This document shows, one piece after another, positions 56,776-64,000 of a stretch of DNA of 64,000 nucleotides. How positions within the stretch are numbered: the first letter of the stretch is position 1; each line of letters begins with the position of its first letter. This stretch comes from the human T2T-CHM13v2.0 reference genome, Homo sapiens. The DNA is taken from assembly GCF_009914755.1 (NCBI RefSeq), contig NC_060941.1; one strand, written 5' to 3'. The translations under genes and the position numbers were made by a program. Below the pieces are notes generated by a model. That model made no database searches and was not told the DNA's origin. It saw only the letters and a list, made by a program, of their open reading frames with translations.

Positions 56776-59700
56776 TGGTGATGGAGGTGTGGAGGTGATG
56801 GTGATGGTTGGTGGTGGTGGTGGTAGAGGTGATGGTGGTGAAGGTGATGGTGATGGTGGACGTAATGGAGGTGATGGTGGTGATGGTGGTCATGGAGGTG
56901 GTGGAGGTGATGGTGGTGGTGGAGGTGATGGTGATTGTGGTGGAGGTGATGGTGGTGATGGTGATGGTTGTGGAGGTGATGGTGGAGGTAATGGAGGTGA
57001 TGGTGGTGGTGAAGGGGATGGTGGTGATGGAGGTGGTGGTGGTGGAGGTGACAATGGTGATGCTGGTGGTGGAGGTGGTGGAGGTACTGGAGGTGATGGT
57101 GGTGGTGAAGGTGATGGTGGAGGTAATGGAGGTGATGGTGGTGGTGGAGGTGATGGTGGAGGTACTGGAGGTGATGGTGGTGGTGGAGGTGATGGTGGAG
57201 GTACTGGAGGTGATGGTGGTGGTGGAGGTGATGGTGGAGGTACTGGAGGTGATGGTGGTGGTGGAGGTGATGGTGGAGGTACTGGAGGTGATGGTGGTGG
57301 TGGAGGTGATGGTGGAGGTACTGGAGGTGATGGTGGTGGTGAAGGTGATGGTGGAGGTAATGGAGGTGATGGTGGTGGTGGAGGTGATGGTGGAGGTACT
57401 GGAGGTGATGGTGGTGGTGAAGGTGATGGTGGAGGTACTGGAGGTGATGGTGGTGGTGGTGGAGGTACTGGAGGTGATGGTGGTGGTGAAGGTGATGGTG
57501 GAGGTAATGGAGGTGATGGTGGTGGTGGTGGTGATGGTGGAGGTGGTGGAGGTAATGGAGGTGATGGTGGTGGTGGAGGTGATGGTGGAGGTACTGGAGG
57601 TGATGGTGGTGGTGAAGGTGATGGTGGAGGTACTGGAGGTGATGGTGGTGGTGTAGGTGATGGTGGAGGTGATGGTGGTGGTGAAGGTGATGGTGGAGGT
57701 AATGGAGGTGATGGTGGTGGTGGTGGTGATGGTGGAGGTGGTGGAGGTAATGGAGGTGATGGTGGTGGTGGAGGTGATGGTGGAGGTACTGGAGGTGATG
57801 GTGGTGGTGAAGGTGATGGTGGAGGTACTGGAGGTGATGGTGGTGGTGTAGGTGATGGTGGAGGTGATGGTGGTGGTGAAGGTGATGGTGGAGGTAATGG
57901 AGGTGATGGTGGTGGTGAAGGTGATGGTGGAGGTACTGGAGGTGATGGTGGTAAAGGTGATGGTGGAGGTACTGGAGGTGATGGTGGTGGACGTGATGGT
58001 GGAGGTAATGGAGGTGATGGTGGTGGTGGTGGTGGAGGTACTGGAGGTGATGGTGGTGGTGGTGATGGTGGAGGTACTAGAGGTGATGGCGGTCGTGGAG
58101 GTGATGGTGGAGGTAATGGAGGTGATGGTGGTGGTGGAGGTGATGGTGGAGGTACTGGAGGTGATGGTGGTGGTGAAGGTGATGGTGGAGGTACTGGAGG
58201 TGATGGTGGTGGTGGTGGAGGTACTGGAGGTGATGGTGGTGGTGAAGGTGATGGTGGAGGTAATGGAGGTGATGGTGGTGGTGGTGGTGATGGTGGAGGT
58301 GGTGGAGGTAATGGAGGTGATGGTGGTGGTGGAGGTGATGGTGGAGGTACTGGAGGTGATGGTGGTGGTGAAGGTGATGGTGGAGGTACTGGAGGTGATG
58401 GTGGTGGTGTAGGTGATGGTGGAGGTGATGGTGGTGGTGAAGGTGATGGTGGAGGTAATGGAGGTGATGGTGGTGGTGGTGGTGATGGTGGAGGTGGTGG
58501 AGGTAATGGAGGTGATGGTGGTGGTGGAGGTGATGGTGGAGGTACTGGAGGTGATGGTGGTGGTGAAGGTGATGGTGGAGGTACTGGAGGTGATGGTGGT
58601 GGTGTAGGTGATGGTGGAGGTGATGGTGGTGGTGAAGGTGATGGTGGAGGTAATGGAGGTGATGGTGGTGGTGAAGGTGATGGTGGAGGTACTGGAGGTG
58701 ATGGTGGTAAAGGTGATGGTGGAGGTACTGGAGGTGATGGTGGTGGACGTGATGGTGGAGGTAATGGAGGTGATGGTGGTGGTGGTGGTGGAGGTACTGG
58801 AGGTGATGGTGGTGGTGGTGATGGTGGAGGTACTAGAGGTGATGGCGGTCGTGGAGGTGATGGTGGAGGTAATGGAGGTGGTGGTGGTCGTGGTGGTGAT
58901 GGTGGAGGTACTGGAGGTGATGGTGGTGGTGAAGGTGATGGTGGAGGTACTGGAGGTGATGGTGGTGGTGTAGGTGATGGTGGAGGTGATGGTGGTGGTG
59001 AAGGTGATGGTGGAGGTAATGGAGGTGATGGTGGTGGTGGTGGTGATGGTGGAGGTGGTGGAGGTAATGGAGGTGATGGTGGTGGTGGAGGTGATGGTGG
59101 AGGTACTGGAGGTGATGGTGGTGGTGAAGGTGATGGTGGAGGTACTGGAGGTGATGGTGGTGGTGTAGGTGATGGTGGAGGTGATGGTGGTGGTGAAGGT
59201 GATGGTGGAGGTAATGGAGGTGATGGTGGTGGTGAAGGTGATGGTGGAGGTACTGGAGGTGATGGTGGTAAAGGTGATGGTGGAGGTACTGGAGGTGATG
59301 GTGGTGGACGTGATGGTGGAGGTAATGGAGGTGATGGTGGTGGTGGTGGTGGAGGTACTGGAGGTGATGGTGGTGGTGGTGATGGTGGAGGTACTAGAGG
59401 TGATGGCGGTCGTGGAGGTGATGGTGGAGGTAATGGAGGTGGTGGTGGTGGTGGTGGTGATGGTGGAGGTACTGGAGGTGATGGTGGTGGTGGTGGTGGT
59501 GGTGGTGGTGGTAATGGAGGTGATGGTGGTGGTACTGGAGGTGATGGTGGTGGTGAAGGTGATGGTAGAGGTAATGGAAGTAATGGTGGAGGTACTAGAG
59601 GTGATGGCGGTCGTGGAGGTGATGGTGGAGGTAATGGAGGTGGTGGTGGTCGTGGAGGTGATGGTGGAGGTAATGGAGGTGATGGTGGTGGTGGTGGTGG

Positions 59701-60299
59701 TGGTGGTACTGGAGGTGATGGTGGTCGTGGAGGTGATGGTGGTGGTGGTAATGGAGGTGATGGTGGTGGTACTGGAGGTGATGGTGGTGGTGAAGGTGAT
59801 GGTAGAGGTAATGGAAGTGATGGTGGAGGTACTGGAGGTGACGGTGGTGGTGGTGGAGGTGACAGTGGTGATGCTGGTGGTGGAGGTGGTGGAGGTACTG
59901 GAGGTGATGGTGGTGGTGGAGGTGATGGTGGAGGTGGTGGAGGTGATGGTGGAGGTAATGGAGGTGATGGTGGTGGTGAAGGTGATGGTGGAGGTAATGG
60001 AGGTGATGGTGGTGGTGGTGGTGGTGATGGTGGTTGTGGTGGAGGTGGTGGTGGAGGTGATGGTGGTGATGGTGATGGTTGTGGAGCTGGTGGTGGAGGT
60101 GATGGTGGAGGTAATGGAGGTGATGGTGGTGGTGAAGGGGATGGTGGTGATGGAGGTGGTGGTGGTGGAGGTGACAGTGGTGATGCTGGTGGTGGAGGTG
60201 GTGGAGGTACTGGAGGTCATGGTGGTGGTGGAGGTGATAGTGGTGAAGGTGATGGAGGTGGTGGAGGTTATGGAGATAATGGTGGTGGTGGAGGTGATA
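56776..60299. repeat. ~3.5-kb (GGT/GAT/GGA)n triplet-based VNTR with higher-order structure
   Basis: Core units such as GGAGGTGATGGTGGTGGT and GGAGGTACT; rare marker variants recur at 195, 561 and 756 bp. Confidence 0.97.
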
Positions 60300-61427
60300 G
60301 ATATTTGAACATGCCTGACCTAAGAAAAGTTCATTTTCATTTTTGGCTGGGCACTATGGCTGATGCCTGTAACCCCAACTCTTTAGGAAGCCTAGGTGGA
60401 AGGGTGGCTTGAACCCAGGAGGTCAGGGCTGCAGTGAGCTATGACTGTGCCACTGCACTCCAACCCAGGTGACGGAGCGAGACCCTGTCTCTTAAAATAT
60501 TTTTTTTACAGTGCATTTTCATGTGTTTCAACCTCCTAGTGTCCCTGCCAAAAATATTTTAATCTGAATCAAATCATGGGGAAATTATGAGACAAATCAG
60601 GTCAAAAGACAGTTTACAAAACAGATGGCCTGAACTTTTCAAAACTGTCAACATGTTAAAAGAAAAAAGAAAAAAATGACCAGGGAACTCTTCTAGAAAA
60701 GAGATGTGATAAGTAAATGCAGAAAAGAGACGTGATAAGTAAGTACAGCATGTGTCCCAGGAGGATCTAGGATCCAGTCAGGACAGGAGCTGGAGCACGA
60801 GAGGAACGGGGGTGGAGACCACTTCCTGGGGGCAGAGTGTCCTCCTCTCCACGTTGCACGTCCTGAGTGGGAAACCTGCACTGGAGTTGCACAGGGAAGG
60901 GCTAGGGTCTTAGGAGACCCTGCCCAGGTATGTAGTGGCAAGGTGCCATGATGCCTGCAACTTACTTTCCAACGGTTTGGGAGAGAAAATGCTCATTTGT
61001 GCAGAGTCCGAAGAGGGAGCACAGAGGAGAGAGGAAGAGTGAAAGCAGCTGTGTGAAGCGTGAATCGCACAGGACTGGAGTTGAATGAATGTGGGTGGTG
61101 GTGTGCTATTCTTGCGACCTTTTTGAAAGTTCAAAAATTTTCAAAGTATAACATGAGAGATAAGTCCTTTCAGAATAAAAAGCCGGTTGTGCAGTAGGAG
61201 GACCAGTAGTGGCCCCTGGTTGGGTCTCTGATTCTAGAAAGCCAACCTGGGCTGCTGTGACCGGCCACTAGCATGGCTGACTGTTGATGAAGGTTGGGGA
61301 GAGCCCTGGTGTTCGCGGAGTCCCGCGCTCTCTGTATTGCCGTAATGCTCTGTCTTTCTCCTTTCATGGGAGTGTGCCGTGGCATTTAGTCGTGAGAGTG
61401 GGTGTGACCTGTGTGCGGGTTTTGCAG

Positions 61428-61517
61428 GTCTGGAGGCGGCTGGTGGAAATCCAATTCCCCGCGGAGCATGGCTGGAAGGAGTCGTTGCTGGGAGACATGG
61501 AATGGAGGCTCACAAAG
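61428..61517 (+). CDS. RNF213: RNF213 exon 16
   Basis: tgcag|GTCTGG...ACAAAG|GTACCA; 90 nt. Confidence 0.96.
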
Positions 61518-61965
61518 GTACCAAAAGTTTGGGGGCAGTCTTTTCAGGGCGTGAAGGCAAGCTGGAGAACCCCAGACCATTAGCGACAGCCAAGAGATCT
61601 CAGCAGTGCCTCTCTGTGGGCAGGGATGGGGTGAATCACAGCTCCGTGTTTCTGTTTCTGATCCAGCCCTTATAGTCTGTCCCTAGAAGAGCGCTTCGGA
61701 GTCTTACTGAGAGGACAGAGAAGAACAAGGGCCCAGGATCTCACCATCATGGGGGTGCGGGATTTTTCCTGACCCCTTCGTTGGACTTGCGACAGGGATG
61801 CTGTGTTTACTTGGCCCGCCGTGCTCAACCCCTTGTGGGAGGGAGCACGTGAGTGAGTGTGGCATCTGGCCAGCTGCTTTGGGAGCTGGCAGGAGCAAGC
61901 TCCGTGCAGGCCCTGCAGCAGTGCCCAGATTGAGGTGCCTGCAACCCCCGAAGCTCCAGAGGGCA

Positions 61966-62635
61966 TGTTACAGTGCTCTCTTAGCTCCGCCGTCTATGGA
62001 CAGTAGTGTGTTATCAGCTCAGTGGGTCCCTTGCCTTGTTGCCTAGGGTGGCTGCCCTCTGCCAGGGCCAATGTGACAGCCTCTTTTAGGTACCCACACT
62101 CGGTGGGTCCCAAGCTCTTGTCCAGCATCCAAGAAGAATGAGGTCACCCGGACACTTGAAGGATGGTGAAGGTGGAGAATTTTATTAAGCAATGGAAATG
62201 GCTCTCCATGGAGAGGGGAGCTGGAGAGGGGATGGGTCAGGTGGGGAATCTTCCTCTGGTCCAGGTGTCTGGCTGGCTCTTCCCTGAAGTCAGGACGTCT
62301 TTCCGAAGTTAAACCGTCTCTCCTTGGAAGTCCAGCCATCCCTCTGAAGTCAAGTCACCTGTTTCCAGTGAAGCTACTTCTCTCTCACTACCAAGTCTGG
62401 GGTCTTTATAGGCACAAGATAGGGGGCAGGGTGGGCCCTAGGTAGTTTTGGAAAAAGCAACATTCTATTGGTAAAAAGACATTACTCCGAAAGAACCAGT
62501 GGGGAGAGAGTAGGCACACGGGGATAGAGGTTCTCACTTTGGGCCATGGGTTTCAGGCTTTTCGGCTCGAAGGTGGGGTTTTGCCAGGGACCCGCCCCTG
62601 TCTGCGTAGGATTTCTCTGCCTCCTGCCTCCATCA
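61966..62635 (-). mobile_element. ERV1 solo LTR (LTR27/LTR28/MER52 group)
   Basis: Reverse complement starts TGATGGAGGCAGGAGGCAGAGAAATCC...GGGGCGGGTCCCTGGCAAAACCCCACC, ends ...TGTAACA; TATAAAG and AATAAA present on the - strand. Confidence 0.7.
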
Positions 62636-62786
62636 ATGGGGCCCCAGGCACAGGAGGGGCCAGGCCTGCCCATAGGCAGGAAGTCTAAGTGGCCTGTTGG
62701 TGACAGGAACCTCATGACACACAAGTGGAGAACACACAGACATGCCCCTCATGCTGAATTAAGGCCTGAGGCTCAAGGAAAATTAG

Positions 62787-63112
<326 letters not shown>

Positions 63113-63420
63113 TATATGTAACTGTTAAATGGATCTTTAAAGGGAAAAGTCAGAAACAAGGAAAAATGACCTATGTCTCATAACTTACCTGTTTTTGCAA
63201 GCCAGGTGCTTTTTCTGCAGAGTGGGAAAAGAGACTCTTTTAAATTTTAGCCTTTGGTCTACTGGTGGGGGGCAGGGAGGACATGCTTTGCGTGGGCCAG
63301 GAGAAGCTTAAAATTGCGGGAAACAGTAAAACAGCAGGAAAGTAAAAATGATGAAAGAATTTTCATCCCATAGAGCACTGGAGCGCTGCATCCGAAAGCT
63401 CTGAAACCACCCCCCTTTGA

Positions 63421-63720
<300 letters not shown>

Positions 63721-64000
63721 TTCTCTCCGGATTCCTCAGTGTGCTGCACAGTCCCTGCTGCTCGCACCATCCTGCATGTGTTCCATATGGAATCACGGCC
63801 GTGCGCGTGTGGCACAAGTCACACGGGCTTGCAGGCCGTTCCTCAGATGGCCCTGTCATCACTGTGGCTGCTGGTTTGATTGATTGTTAACACTTGCTCA
63901 GTAGGTGTGCGGGAAGAGACTCCAAAGGTTGACAGAACATTTATGGAAGCAAAATATGTGAAATGGAAAATTGTATCAATTTATTTAGCTCTTTTCGGCA

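Noticed and set aside
56663-60412. 1231-aa Gly-rich, 1185-aa mucin-like and Val/Met-rich ORFs as real genes
   Set aside because: They are translations of an intronic GGT/GAT repeat whose units lack stops in those frames; no signal peptide, unique domain or gene structure.

Overview
Human (primate) genomic DNA carrying the 5' ~61 kb of RNF213 (mysterin; interferon-induced AAA+ ATPase/E3 ubiquitin ligase, 17q25.3) on the + strand. I read a CpG-island promoter with a 30-bp GC-rich VNTR, a short non-coding exon 1 and coding exons 2-17. All have GT-AG boundaries and splice into one uninterrupted frame (3024 nt = 1008 codons to the exon-17 donor). There is also a 147-nt in-frame cassette exon in intron 3, and a read-through terminal extension that gives the short 1063-aa isoform. 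The introns are very Alu-rich and contain L1, Tigger1, MER2, MaLR/ERVL/ERV1 LTRs and several large minisatellites. Almost all long ORFs in the track are repeat or Alu artefacts. The most interesting unexplained structures are: (1) a dense ISRE-ISRE-CLEAR/E-box-TATA module overlapping the exon-2 acceptor and two uORFs, suggesting an interferon-inducible internal promoter that would bypass the uORFs; (2) two mutually complementary ~1.2-kb minisatellites in inverted orientation bracketing the cassette exon; (3) a promoter VNTR whose poly-Gly frame splices in frame with the exon-2 uORF; (4) a 172-bp direct duplication flanking the start-codon exon; (5) a 3.5-kb triplet-phased GGT/GAT array with higher-order periodicity. 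Gene and repeat-family names come from my recall of the sequences, not from a database search; repeat boundaries are approximate.
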